From Candidatus Zixiibacteriota bacterium (GTDB taxonomy: Bacteria; Zixibacteria; MSB-5A5; UBA10806): a stretch of DNA of 64,000 nt. The notes under the pieces were generated by a model. The model saw nothing but the letters and a program-made list of their open reading frames with translations, searched no databases and was not told the origin of the DNA. Of this stretch, positions 36,285 to 46,156 are shown piece after piece. The DNA is taken from contig JAHEDG010000007.1 in the NCBI GenBank assembly GCA_024641335.1, positions 18,061 through 82,060 on the forward strand, in the 5' to 3' direction. The first letter of the stretch is position 1, and each line of letters opens with the position of its first letter. A program made the position numbers and the translations under genes.

Positions 36285-38381
36285 CTACAGGGAAATAGCG
36301 CGATCAGCCCATTGATCGTAATGATCCTGGCTGGTCAGAAGTAGGATCTGGTGGTTGCCGGAGAGCTCTTTGAGCACTTTCATGGCACTGCTTATCCGTA
36401 CGGGGTCAAAACCGGCGAAGGGATCATCGAGGATGAGTACGGAATTGCGGCTTTCGGAGATGAGATCGGCGAGGGCCAGCCTGGCGGCGAGGTAGATTTG
36501 CTCCACGGTATTGGATGAGAGGGCTGTATCGGGGTCGACCCAGTCACCTTTTTCCTCCGACCAGACTTCGAATTTGAGATTGGATTTATCGAAGCGTACT
36601 TTGGAATACCGTCCTGAAGTCAGGGAGGAGAGAATTTCGGAGGTTCCCCTGTTGAGGACTTCGAGCTTGGACATAAGCACGTTCTGCCGGGCTTCTTCGA
36701 CGCATTCTTTGGTCAATCCGAGTATGCGGAGTTCTTTTTTCAAGGATTCTATGCCGGAGTTGGCCCGTTCCTTGCGTTCATTGTAGCTGGCCAGAAGCTC
36801 GGAGCCGCCTTCAGCGGTCTCGATCTGCAGCCGGATCACCTGTCGTTCGTGTTCGAGATCCTTGATTCTCTCCTGGAATTCAGCGATCACCTGCATTTGC
36901 CTTTCGAGGTCGGTTCTATCCCGCAGGTTGGGAGCGAGTTCTTCTTTTTCGCGGGTGATATTATCGAGTTCTTCGCTCAACTCATCGAATTGCTTTTGCA
37001 GAGCTTCGAGTGTCTGCCCTTTCATCATGTGGACATATTTATCGGCATCCTCCAGAATTCTCTTTCCGATCTCGTCGTAGCTCCAGGAATTCTTTTTCAA
37101 TTCATCATTAGTGGAAACGCGGTATCTGGACAAAATATCGAAGAGGATTTTATTATGATTTTCGGTTTCGGTTTTTGATTCGTCGAGTTTTTCGGCCAGT
37201 TGCCGGGCTGAATCGGCCAGACTTTGGCGGTGTTTTTTACGGGAATTGAGAATCGATAGTCCCAGGATACAAAGAGAAATTGAACCGGCGAGAGAATACC
37301 ACAGGTGCGGATAGAATCGGGGGAACAGAGAGAAATAGTGAGCCGCAGTCAGGGCGGCCGATCCCAGGAATCCGATCGCGCCCATTATCTTAAATGAAGC
37401 GCTGATTTTATAGGCGGCCAGGTTCTCTTCTGCGACCTGCAGATCGGCGGCCAGATCCTGATTTTTCTGGATACAGAAGGCGATGGTCTTTTCGGATTCA
37501 TCAGCCAATTTGATATCGTTCTGGTCGATTTTTTTCAGGGCGGCTTTTTGAGCGCGAAGCGATTCCACGCTGGAATGGAGTTCTCGTCCTTCCTTCAGCT
37601 TCTTTTCTGTGAGAATGTATTCATCGGAGAGTTTGGTCGCTTTTTCGGCTATATTGGAGGCTCTTCTCCCCCATTTGAGTTTTTCCTCTCTGGAGGCAAG
37701 ATCGTCACATACGTTTTTGTAAGCGGTTTCAACCTGGATAAGATCGGCCCTTTTCTTCTTCAATCCCTCGATATCGCGGGCGAGCCTGTTGATATTATAA
37801 TCCAGTTCCTCCGAAACAGATACGGAGCGGCTGATTTCCAAGGCGATATCGGCGATTCTTTTTTCTATTTTGCGAATGGTCATTGAGCCGGCCTGGTCTT
37901 CCCTGCCTCCGGTCACCAGCGATTCGAGTTTATCCTGAATGGCTTCAATAGATTCGTCGATGCGAGTAACAGCGCCCTGGCTGACGCAGGCGGTGGCTTT
38001 GAAGACTTTTTCGGAGGGGATGCCGGTTTTTTCGGCCAGCCATTGATTAATAGCATCGGGAGCCGTAACCTCCGAATCGGGACTTCCGCCGCTGATTTGG
38101 GCAACTCCGCGCTCGAAATCTTTAGTCAGTTTGAATGATTTGCCGTCGATATCGAAGAAGGCCTCGATCACCGGGGCGTTACCGGTACCCCACCTGACAG
38201 CCTGAGGAATATGATCATTTTCGGCCGCCGGATTGAGGAACAGGGCGGCGCTGACAGCTTCGACCAGGGTCGATTTACCGGCCTCGGAGGGCCCTTTAAT
38301 GACGTTCAGGCCGGGCGAGAAATCGCATTCGAAAGACTCGAATTTGCCGAAGTTTTTCAGTAGGAAATGAGAGATCAGCAT
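36285..38381 (-). CDS. SbcC/Rad50/YhaN-like AAA ATPase with a central transmembrane hairpin
   Basis: Walker A GPSEAGKST at the N-terminus and long coiled-coil-type sequence. The C-terminus has the signature-like LSSNTVEQ and Walker B VLILDDPFAGFD. Two hydrophobic helices lie at residues ~331-379. Confidence 0.7.
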   Translation of the reverse strand: MLISHFLLKNFGKFESFECDFSPGLNVIKGPSEAGKSTLVEAVSAALFLNPAAENDHIPQAVRWGTGNAPVIEAFFDIDGKSFKLTKDFERGVAQISGGSPDSEVTAPDAINQWLAEKTGIPSEKVFKATACVSQGAVTRIDESIEAIQDKLESLVTGGREDQAGSMTIRKIEKRIADIALEISRSVSVSEELDYNINRLARDIEGLKKKRADLIQVETAYKNVCDDLASREEKLKWGRRASNIAEKATKLSDEYILTEKKLKEGRELHSSVESLRAQKAALKKIDQNDIKLADESEKTIAFCIQKNQDLAADLQVAEENLAAYKISASFKIMGAIGFLGSAALTAAHYFSLFPRFYPHLWYSLAGSISLCILGLSILNSRKKHRQSLADSARQLAEKLDESKTETENHNKILFDILSRYRVSTNDELKKNSWSYDEIGKRILEDADKYVHMMKGQTLEALQKQFDELSEELDNITREKEELAPNLRDRTDLERQMQVIAEFQERIKDLEHERQVIRLQIETAEGGSELLASYNERKERANSGIESLKKELRILGLTKECVEEARQNVLMSKLEVLNRGTSEILSSLTSGRYSKVRFDKSNLKFEVWSEEKGDWVDPDTALSSNTVEQIYLAARLALADLISESRNSVLILDDPFAGFDPVRISSAMKVLKELSGNHQILLLTSQDHYDQWADRAISL

Positions 38382-38382
38382 C

Positions 38383-39495
38383 TTACAAGACCTCTCTTCC
38401 CGAAAGCAGCGAGTATCCTATTTTCAACGATTCCTCCAGATCAGCGCGGGTATTTTCGTCGGACGAATTCAGGCGGTTGACCATGACTTTGAGATACTGG
38501 CCGAGAATAGTTTTTTCCTGTACTTTTACTTCGGAAATGTTATCGGGCAAGACCGTGGTTTTATCCTCGAATTTCAGATCGAAGAAGTTTTCCTCCAACT
38601 CGCTTTTCAGCTGGTTCAGGTTGAAGCCTGTATCCAGCAGCATAAGGCCGGAGAGAGTTACGGTGCAGATGGTATCCTGACCGGCCAATTGGAGAATTTT
38701 TTCTTTCAAATCGGAAAGATCGGCGACGGTTTCCATTCCGATATTTGTTTTTTTCCATTGGAAGCTTTCGGTTTCTATCGGCCGGACCGTGATGGAATTC
38801 TTTTCCAAATCGACTATCAGGACCTGCCCTGGGCCGTTAATTTCCGGCGATAGAACCACAGGCGATCCGGCGAAGGCCGCCTTCAAGCCATCAGGAGTGA
38901 AATCGCGGAATCTGTTATTGCCTCCGAGCGCGATATAATCGAACCCTCCGGAAGCCAGATCTTTCATGATTTGCGGCGGGATTTCCGATAGGCCGTCGGA
39001 TTCAAGATTTCCGGTATTAATCATGGCGATTTTGAATTCGGGTTTAGGCGCGGTTTTATCATCACGCAGCAGGTTTTCAATCGCTCCGGCTCCGTCCGAC
39101 GGGATGAAAGAGATTTCGGCGGAAATTATCGAGATTTCCGTGCTGGATGGAAGCGGACCGGCCAAAATATGGAGATTTTTCGAAGAAGGCTGGATCTTCC
39201 ATTGATCCCAGAAAGAGGTTTTTTCATATCCGTCATTATGGCCGGGAATTATGACCGCGGGTATTTGCTCGAGCCTCTCGATTTCAGAGGTGAAGAAATC
39301 GAGTAGGTTCTGGGAAACGTCGAGGTTATCGAAAATATCACCCGGCAGTAGAACCAGGTCTACAGCCTCATTTTTGGCCAGATCTATAATCCGGGAAAAG
39401 ACCGATTTTATCCCGGCTCTGAGCTTATCACCCGCCGAACAGGCCTGTCCAAAGGATTTGCCCAGGTAGATATTTGAAGTTTGCAGTAATTTCAT
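38383..39495 (-). CDS. SbcD/Mre11-like calcineurin-fold protein with degenerate metal-binding motifs
   Basis: MKLLQTSNIYLGKSF..., LLPGDIFD, IIPGHNDG and IALGGNNR follow the SbcD motif order, but most His/Asp ligands are replaced. Start chosen at ATG 39495. Its stop lies 1 nt upstream of the ATPase gene start (38381). Confidence 0.6.
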   Translation of the reverse strand: MKLLQTSNIYLGKSFGQACSAGDKLRAGIKSVFSRIIDLAKNEAVDLVLLPGDIFDNLDVSQNLLDFFTSEIERLEQIPAVIIPGHNDGYEKTSFWDQWKIQPSSKNLHILAGPLPSSTEISIISAEISFIPSDGAGAIENLLRDDKTAPKPEFKIAMINTGNLESDGLSEIPPQIMKDLASGGFDYIALGGNNRFRDFTPDGLKAAFAGSPVVLSPEINGPGQVLIVDLEKNSITVRPIETESFQWKKTNIGMETVADLSDLKEKILQLAGQDTICTVTLSGLMLLDTGFNLNQLKSELEENFFDLKFEDKTTVLPDNISEVKVQEKTILGQYLKVMVNRLNSSDENTRADLEESLKIGYSLLSGREVL

Positions 39496-39660
39496 AGCCC
39501 AATTATTATATCGGCATAGCACGGGAAGTTATGAAGGTATTCCCCGGCGGCACACTCAAATTTCTTGGAAAATCGATTAAATCATTGGGTTACAAGGTGT
39601 TGTCTGGGCTGGGAATTCGGTATTCCGAAGTGGATCGAAAATCGCGCGTAGCAACCTGAA

Positions 39661-41043
39661 TCAAATCTGCTGATCCGCGGGGTTCAGGGTCAATCTGCAG
39701 ACGGCTTCGATATGATAGGTATGTGGAAACATGTCTATGGGGACAACTTTATCCAGTTGGTAGCCTCCTTCGACCAGCATCTTGATATCTCGGGCCAGGG
39801 TAGCGGGATTGCAGGAAATATAGATCAGTTTTTTCGGTTTCATCTCGATAATAGACTTGATCGCTTTGGGATGGCATCCGGCCCGGGGAGGATCGAGAAG
39901 CATCAGGTCGTATGATTCACCCTCCGCCGCGGCGGTTCGCAAATAGGTTTCGACATCAGCGACCACAAAGCGGCAATTGACGACGGAATTGATTTTGGCA
40001 TTGGCCCGGGCGTCGGCGACGGAATCTTCCACATTCTCGACTCCGACAACTTCTTTGACACGGTTGGCGAAATAGATAGCGATAGTCCCTGTTCCGGTAT
40101 ACAGATCGATCATTTTATCGAGTTTATGGGGCTCTGCGAGTTCCAGAGCGAGATCGTAGAGCCGTTGGACCTGATAGCTGTTGGTCTGGAAGAATGAGGA
40201 GGCTGAAATTCGGTATTTTTTTTCTCCCAGTTTTTCGTGGATCGAATCGGCGCCGTAGAGAACAATTTCTTTTTCTCCCCGCGCGATATTGGCCTTGCGG
40301 GCATTAACAGTGTGAGAGACCGAAACCACCGACGGAAATTTATGTCCGATTTCCTCGGCCAGCTGTTTGATTTTCGGGAAGTCTCCCGCGCCGGTGACAA
40401 TATTGACGAGGGTCTCATCGGTGAATTTGCCTTCTCTGATAACCAGGAACCTTAGAAAGCCTTCGTGGGTGAAAATATCATAGGGCGGCAATTCGAGTTC
40501 ATCGGAACGCTCGCGGACGAAATTGACTATCTGGTTGGAAAGTTCTGATTGCAGGTGGCAGGCTTTGAGTTGAAAGACATCCTGGAAACGTCGGGCAACA
40601 TGAAGCCCGAGGAGTGTTTCTTTATCTTTCCCGACATGAAATGAAAACTCCATTTTGTTGCGGTAGTAGTAGATCTTACGCGCGCCGACGATAGGCTCGA
40701 CGGGCGGTTCAGGTATTCCGCCGACATGGACCAGGGCTTCCCTGACCTGATCTTCTTTATATTTTTTCTGGATAGCGTAATCGAGGTTTTGCCATTTGCA
40801 TCCGCCGCAGTAATCGAAATGCCGGCAGGCTGGCGAAACTCTGTGGGGCGACGGGGCGATCAGGTTGACAACCGCCGCCTCGGCATAGTTGCTTTTGACC
40901 CTGAAGACTCTCGCTTCGGCGATATCTCCGGGGAGGCCCTCCTCGACCAGCAGCACGAAACCGTCAAGCCTGGCGACTCCTTTTCCTCCGAAGGCCAGGT
41001 CATCGATTTGGACTTTTACAATTTCTCCGCGTTTCGGTTTCAT
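39661..41043 (-). CDS. rlmD: 23S rRNA (uracil-5-)-methyltransferase RlmD/RumA family
   Basis: N-terminal TRAM domain, an Fe-S Cys cluster (CRHFDYCGGCKWQ), a SAM-binding fold (DLYTGTGTI) and a catalytic ISCNPAT motif. Confidence 0.88.
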   Translation of the reverse strand: MKPKRGEIVKVQIDDLAFGGKGVARLDGFVLLVEEGLPGDIAEARVFRVKSNYAEAAVVNLIAPSPHRVSPACRHFDYCGGCKWQNLDYAIQKKYKEDQVREALVHVGGIPEPPVEPIVGARKIYYYRNKMEFSFHVGKDKETLLGLHVARRFQDVFQLKACHLQSELSNQIVNFVRERSDELELPPYDIFTHEGFLRFLVIREGKFTDETLVNIVTGAGDFPKIKQLAEEIGHKFPSVVSVSHTVNARKANIARGEKEIVLYGADSIHEKLGEKKYRISASSFFQTNSYQVQRLYDLALELAEPHKLDKMIDLYTGTGTIAIYFANRVKEVVGVENVEDSVADARANAKINSVVNCRFVVADVETYLRTAAAEGESYDLMLLDPPRAGCHPKAIKSIIEMKPKKLIYISCNPATLARDIKMLVEGGYQLDKVVPIDMFPHTYHIEAVCRLTLNPADQQI

Positions 41044-41197
41044 TCGCTTATCCTAATAATCGAGAGATATTAAGGCGGCCGGCCGCGCGACATTCATGAT
41101 ACTGAATCCCGGCTTCGGCAATATGAGGCTATGGAGGTTCGATGTCAATTTTAATAGAGAGATAATTATGGAAAGAGAGCCGGTCAGGAAAGAACGT

Positions 41198-42733
41198 TCA
41201 GGTTATGACCTGAACGGGAATGATTTTACCGTTTCTTTGAATCATGAATACCAGTCTGTAACCTCGCCCTATTTTGGCCATAATATCAATATAGTCGTCC
41301 AGGTTTTCGATTTTCCGGCGGCCTATCTGACGTATGATATCATCTTCCCGCAATCCCCAGCCGGCGGCCCATGAGGTATCTACAGCGCCTATTACCATGA
41401 CCCCCTGCCTATCGGTAATATCGGCGAAACTGGCAACCCCGGGTGTAATCTCCGCCACTTTCAATCCGAATTTATCGGTTTTGGCGGGGGCCACTCGGGA
41501 TGGTATCTCTTCGGGGACCACGACGATGGAAAACTCTTTGCTGTTTCTTAGAATATTCAATCCGAGCGCTCGTCCGGCCCTGGCGTAGGTGACCATTTCG
41601 TCCCAATCGGCAACAGATTTCATTTCTGATTTTCCGACTTTGAGGAGTAGATCTCCCGGTATCAAGCCCGCCCTGGCCGCCGGAGAATTATCGCTGACAG
41701 AGGAGATGATCAGTCCGTGATTAGTGGAGATATCGAGACTTTGAGCGATATCCGGTGTGATAGAATGAACATTCAGCCCGATCCAGGCCTTGACAACTTC
41801 TCCGAATTTAAGAAGATCGTTGATTACCAGTTTGGCTCTGTTAATCGGGACGGCGAAGCCTATCCCCTCGGAACCTCGCCCGGAGGTGAAGATGAATGTA
41901 TTGATCCCTATAACTTCTCCCAGGGCGTTAACCAGCGGCCCTCCGGAATTGCCGGGATTAATTGAAGCGTCGGTCTGGATCATTTTGCGGTAGACCGCCT
42001 TCATCCCCTCTTCGGGTTTGATATCGCGGTTGGTGGCTGAGATAACTCCGACGGTGACGGTCGGTTTGGGATCTTCGAGGAGATATCCGAAAGGATTGCC
42101 TATGGCAATAGCCCACTCTCCGATAATCATATCGTCGGAATCCCCCAGCACCACGTTGGGGAATTTGACCGGCTTATCGGCGATGATCTTTACGACCGCC
42201 AAATCGGTGACCGGATCGGTTCCGATCATTCTGCCGGGATATTCGTCGCCGGAGATGAGAGTTACCTTGATTTCCTTGGCGCCTTCGACGACGTGGTTAT
42301 TGGTCAGGATATATCCTTCGGGATTGATAATGACGCCCGAACCAAGCGAGAGAACTTTACGTTCTCGTGACGGGGGCGGCAGGAAGAGAAAGCCCCAGAA
42401 ATCGTTGCCGAGCGGGGATGATGATCTGGTATGGACGACCTGAATGACTGATAGTGAAACAACCGCCGGGCCGACTTTATCGGCGGCGCGCACGATGGCG
42501 TTTCTTCTGGTATTATCGATATCGTCGGCGGCTTTATAAGCGGCGTTTCCGTTGGCCGAAGAATCGGCCGTAATCGAATTCGGGGTGGTATCGGGAAGAA
42601 CCCCGAGGGAATCCATAAAAGCTGAACCGGGGCCGGTATTGCTTTTGAAATATCCGAGGATTAAAAACATAAAGAAACCGCCGAGGAGGCTTCCGATGAC
42701 GATGGCTATAATAATCGCTTTCAATCTTTCCAT
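41198..42733 (-). CDS. htrA: Periplasmic serine endoprotease DegP/DegQ/HtrA family (trypsin domain + 2 PDZ)
   Basis: TM/signal anchor. Catalytic triad context is ILTNNHVV, D...DLAVVK, and NPGNSGGPLVN. Two PDZ-like regions follow. Confidence 0.9.
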   Translation of the reverse strand: MERLKAIIIAIVIGSLLGGFFMFLILGYFKSNTGPGSAFMDSLGVLPDTTPNSITADSSANGNAAYKAADDIDNTRRNAIVRAADKVGPAVVSLSVIQVVHTRSSSPLGNDFWGFLFLPPPSRERKVLSLGSGVIINPEGYILTNNHVVEGAKEIKVTLISGDEYPGRMIGTDPVTDLAVVKIIADKPVKFPNVVLGDSDDMIIGEWAIAIGNPFGYLLEDPKPTVTVGVISATNRDIKPEEGMKAVYRKMIQTDASINPGNSGGPLVNALGEVIGINTFIFTSGRGSEGIGFAVPINRAKLVINDLLKFGEVVKAWIGLNVHSITPDIAQSLDISTNHGLIISSVSDNSPAARAGLIPGDLLLKVGKSEMKSVADWDEMVTYARAGRALGLNILRNSKEFSIVVVPEEIPSRVAPAKTDKFGLKVAEITPGVASFADITDRQGVMVIGAVDTSWAAGWGLREDDIIRQIGRRKIENLDDYIDIMAKIGRGYRLVFMIQRNGKIIPVQVIT

Positions 42734-42852
42734 TTTTTGATCCTCGAAATCGCCATAATAAAGTATACTATAAGAATCGTCTATGGTTTCGAAAAGATCA
42801 ACATCTATTTTTCGGTCGGGATCTTAACTTGGGGGAAATACGGTGAAAGAGA

Positions 42853-43794
42853 TTAGAAAACCTCGCAGCCGCATTCGACCTGGGAGCAGCATTGGCATTC
42901 GATCTGGATAGTGGCATGGCGGATGCCGTATTTAGCCTGCAGCACGGATTTGACGGATCTAAGAATCTCTTGAGACAGATGAGTTGACTGTTCGTGAACC
43001 ATAACATGGGCCGAGAGCACGACATTGGCTGAGGAGAGAGTCCAGATATGGAGATCATGCACCGAGAGGATACCGTCGATTCCCTCTATGTCGGCCTTGA
43101 GGAGCGCATAGTCGATATTTTGGGGAGCGCCTTCGAGGAGGATATTCAGGGCTTCTCGAATAACGCCGGCCGCGCCGAATAGTATTATCAGGCCGACCAG
43201 AAAAGAGATAATGGGATCGGCGAGGTAGTTTCCTGTCAGGAGCATAATCAGTCCGCCGATGACCACTCCGACGGAGGCCAGCATATCGCCGACGACATGA
43301 AGAAAGGCGGCTCTGACGTTGAGATTTTCGGAGGCGTGGCCGTGCAGGCGGAAAAGCACGAGGAGGTTGGCCGCCAGGCCGAGGACAGCGATAATCAGCA
43401 TCATAACCGATTTGATCGGTTCGGGATGAAGGAGCCTTTGATAGGCCTCGATGAAGATATAGATCGCCAGGAACAGCAATGTGGACCCGTTAATGACCGC
43501 GGCCAGAACTTCGGATCGATGATAGCCGAAGGTTCTTTTGGAGGTGGCGGGGAGTTTGGCGATTTTTACGGCGAACAGGGATAATCCCAGGGCCATAACA
43601 TCGCCTAACAAATGCCCGGCATCGGATTTCAGGGCCAGGGAATTTGAGAAAAATCCTCCTATCAATTCCATGGCGAAAATGCCGACGGTGATGGCCAGTG
43701 CCCAGGTCAGTTTATTTTCTATGACCGATCCTGATGCGCCGCGCGAATGATCGTGGTTTTCATGATGATGATGATGGGCGCTCATTCGATACAT
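42853..43794 (-). CDS. Cation diffusion facilitator family transporter (CzcD/ZitB-like)
   Basis: His-rich N-terminus (HHHHHENHDH) and six TM helices with HLLGD and HVVGD motifs. A C-terminal cytoplasmic domain ends in a Cys-rich tail, ECQCCSQVECGCEVF. Confidence 0.9.
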   Translation of the reverse strand: MYRMSAHHHHHENHDHSRGASGSVIENKLTWALAITVGIFAMELIGGFFSNSLALKSDAGHLLGDVMALGLSLFAVKIAKLPATSKRTFGYHRSEVLAAVINGSTLLFLAIYIFIEAYQRLLHPEPIKSVMMLIIAVLGLAANLLVLFRLHGHASENLNVRAAFLHVVGDMLASVGVVIGGLIMLLTGNYLADPIISFLVGLIILFGAAGVIREALNILLEGAPQNIDYALLKADIEGIDGILSVHDLHIWTLSSANVVLSAHVMVHEQSTHLSQEILRSVKSVLQAKYGIRHATIQIECQCCSQVECGCEVF

Positions 43795-44222
43795 TCCAAT
43801 TTTATATTGTGACGGGATAAAAGGGCGGCGGTCACGCCGATTCCCGGGACGGGTTTACCATCACGATAAATTCGCCGGACTCCGCAGGACGGGCTTTTAT
43901 CCTTCAGGAAGGCGGATTTGGCTCCGTTCTTGAGGGCGATCTTCAAAGCTGTTTCGGCTCCCACCAGATACTTATCGGTAACATTGCCGCCAAAAGAATC
44001 GATGACCGAAGATTTTTGATCGATAACCGAGAAACCATCGCCGGAAACGATTTGGGAGGCGGGTCTGGGGCAGGGCAATCCGCCGTCCATTTCGGGGCAG
44101 ACGGCGATCAGTCTGAAACCATCGGCGCCAGTTAATTCACCGGGAGGCATTATTCTGCCGTCCCAGCGGCATCTTTCTCCGATCAGGCATCGGGAAATAA
44201 TGGCGGTCTTCATAATTATCAA
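43782..44222 (-). CDS. DUF523 family protein (2-thiouracil desulfurase-like)
   Basis: ISRCLIGERCRWDG N-terminal Cys motif and SPSCG near the C-terminus, typical of DUF523. Overlaps the CDF gene start by 13 nt. Confidence 0.65.
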   Translation of the reverse strand: MIIMKTAIISRCLIGERCRWDGRIMPPGELTGADGFRLIAVCPEMDGGLPCPRPASQIVSGDGFSVIDQKSSVIDSFGGNVTDKYLVGAETALKIALKNGAKSAFLKDKSPSCGVRRIYRDGKPVPGIGVTAALLSRHNIKLECIE

Positions 44223-44293
44223 TATATAGGAATAAAAAGGAAGGGTAAACAGGAATAAGGGCCATAATAGGTATAAGTGATCTCTACGGATCT

Positions 44294-45202
44294 TTAGGAT
44301 AAAATGGAGCTTAGGATATATTTATAGGGGTTAACGGAGCGTCTCCCGATTTTAACTTCATAGTGGAGATGCGGTCCGGTGGAGTAACCTGATGACCCTA
44401 TAAAGCCGACAACTTCGTGGCGGCTGATTTTCTGGCCTTTGGTAACCCTGATCTTGCTCATGTGTCCGTAGTAGGTCAGGATACCGTAGCCGTGATCTAT
44501 AATAACTGTATTTCCGAGTTTGGACTGATAACCGGCGTATTTGACAATGCCATCCGCTGTGGCGTGAATAGGGGTGCCGGCAGGAGCGGCCAGATCGATC
44601 CCGTTATGAGGCTGATATAGCCCGGTAAACGGATCGTTATGCATGCCGAAGCCTCTGGACAGCACACCGTCACAGGGTTTTATTGTCGGGGTATGATCGA
44701 GGACATTCTTTTTCTCTTTTACTTTATCGACCAACTCCTCGAACGAGGCATTTTCCAGGCGCAACTGTCTTTGAATCTTTTGAATATCTTCTTCGACCAT
44801 CCAGGTTCTTTGTCCCAGATCGCTGTTGATTTCCGGGGTGGGGTAAGCGGCACCGCCGACACCGACCTCTCTCAAATCAGAATCGAGCGCGGGAAGATCG
44901 AAGACCAGTCTGATAAAGTCGTCTTTATCAATAATAGTGGACATATCGGCGCGCAAGTCCTGGACGGTAGTTTCGAATTCCGTTATTTTATTTTCCAGTA
45001 TGGAGTTTTCTTCGGCAAGGCTTTCCATTTGCTGCCGATCTATAACGGTCATTAAATAACCTACAGCGAAATAGGTGCTGGCAGTCACAACGAGTCCCAT
45101 TACCGCCAGGGCGGAATATACTACCCAGCGACTAATATTTTTTCTGATTACCTGATCGCCAGCTTCAGGTACAATGATAATCGAGTATTTTTTAGATATC
45201 AT
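44294..45202 (-). CDS. M23 family metallopeptidase (membrane-anchored, coiled-coil linker)
   Basis: N-terminal TM helix. LytM motifs are HNGIDLAAPAGTPIHATADG, VIIDHGYGILTYYGHMS and GSSGYSTGPHLHYEV. Confidence 0.9.
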   Translation of the reverse strand: MISKKYSIIIVPEAGDQVIRKNISRWVVYSALAVMGLVVTASTYFAVGYLMTVIDRQQMESLAEENSILENKITEFETTVQDLRADMSTIIDKDDFIRLVFDLPALDSDLREVGVGGAAYPTPEINSDLGQRTWMVEEDIQKIQRQLRLENASFEELVDKVKEKKNVLDHTPTIKPCDGVLSRGFGMHNDPFTGLYQPHNGIDLAAPAGTPIHATADGIVKYAGYQSKLGNTVIIDHGYGILTYYGHMSKIRVTKGQKISRHEVVGFIGSSGYSTGPHLHYEVKIGRRSVNPYKYILSSILS

Positions 45203-46156
45203 CCAGCCGTTCCCTCACTTGATTTTAAGACCGGGGCAAATCTATTTTGAATCCGGTTCTGTGTCAAGTTCTTTCTGGTTTACTTAATTAACAAGTATTC
45301 CTTTTTCAATATTTTGCCAACGACTTTTACGAATTTTTCGGGATTAAGGTTCTGTAAACTGTAAAGGTGCCAGCATGTTTTCTCCGGCAGTTTGAATTGT
45401 GGTTTTCGTTTCTTGGCCATGACGTCTCCCGTGTCGGGGCGTCCTGCCGGCCTTTTTATCCTCAAGAACCGTTATATTTATCGGCAGGACCGCCGTGTTA
45501 GTTAATGTTTTCAAATTACCAGGCCTATCCAAATGCAATTACCGTTCCATGTTATGGCAAGGGAATACATTATGAAACATTGCTATAATCGATTGTTTTT
45601 TAAGAGTTTAGGCGGAGATCGCTGTCTGCTTATATCGGTTAGAAAACAAGAACATGACGGATTCTCTCCATAAATATAGGCAAATACCCATAATTTTCGC
45701 GAAAATGGGGTAAAAATTCGATGGCCTGCCGTTTATTCGGCAACGGGATTTCCCAATAATATCGGCTTATTACAAAATCGTTAAAAGCGGGGTGATTTTA
45801 CTATATTTGCGGGTAAAAAACCTGAAAAATGGACGTATTTTCGAGGGTATCAATCCTGATCTTCGGGCGGTTTAGTCCATGATGATGGAGGGGTGTTGTC
45901 GATCCCCGGCCGCCCCAGGAATTTGACAACAATATGATAAACCGCCCCGAGCATAGGGAGGATCATAAACAAAGCGATAAAAATCCCCCAGAAGGGGTGG
46001 GTTTTGAAGAATTCCAGAAAGGACTCGGACATATGTTCAATCTACGCGGCCGGAAAGTCGGAGTCAAGGTTGTTCGGCGATTGGCGGGGAATAGCGGACA
46101 TAAAGTTGGCAATTTCAGGCGGCAATGAGTATAATCTTCTGTCAAAAGGAGATTCG

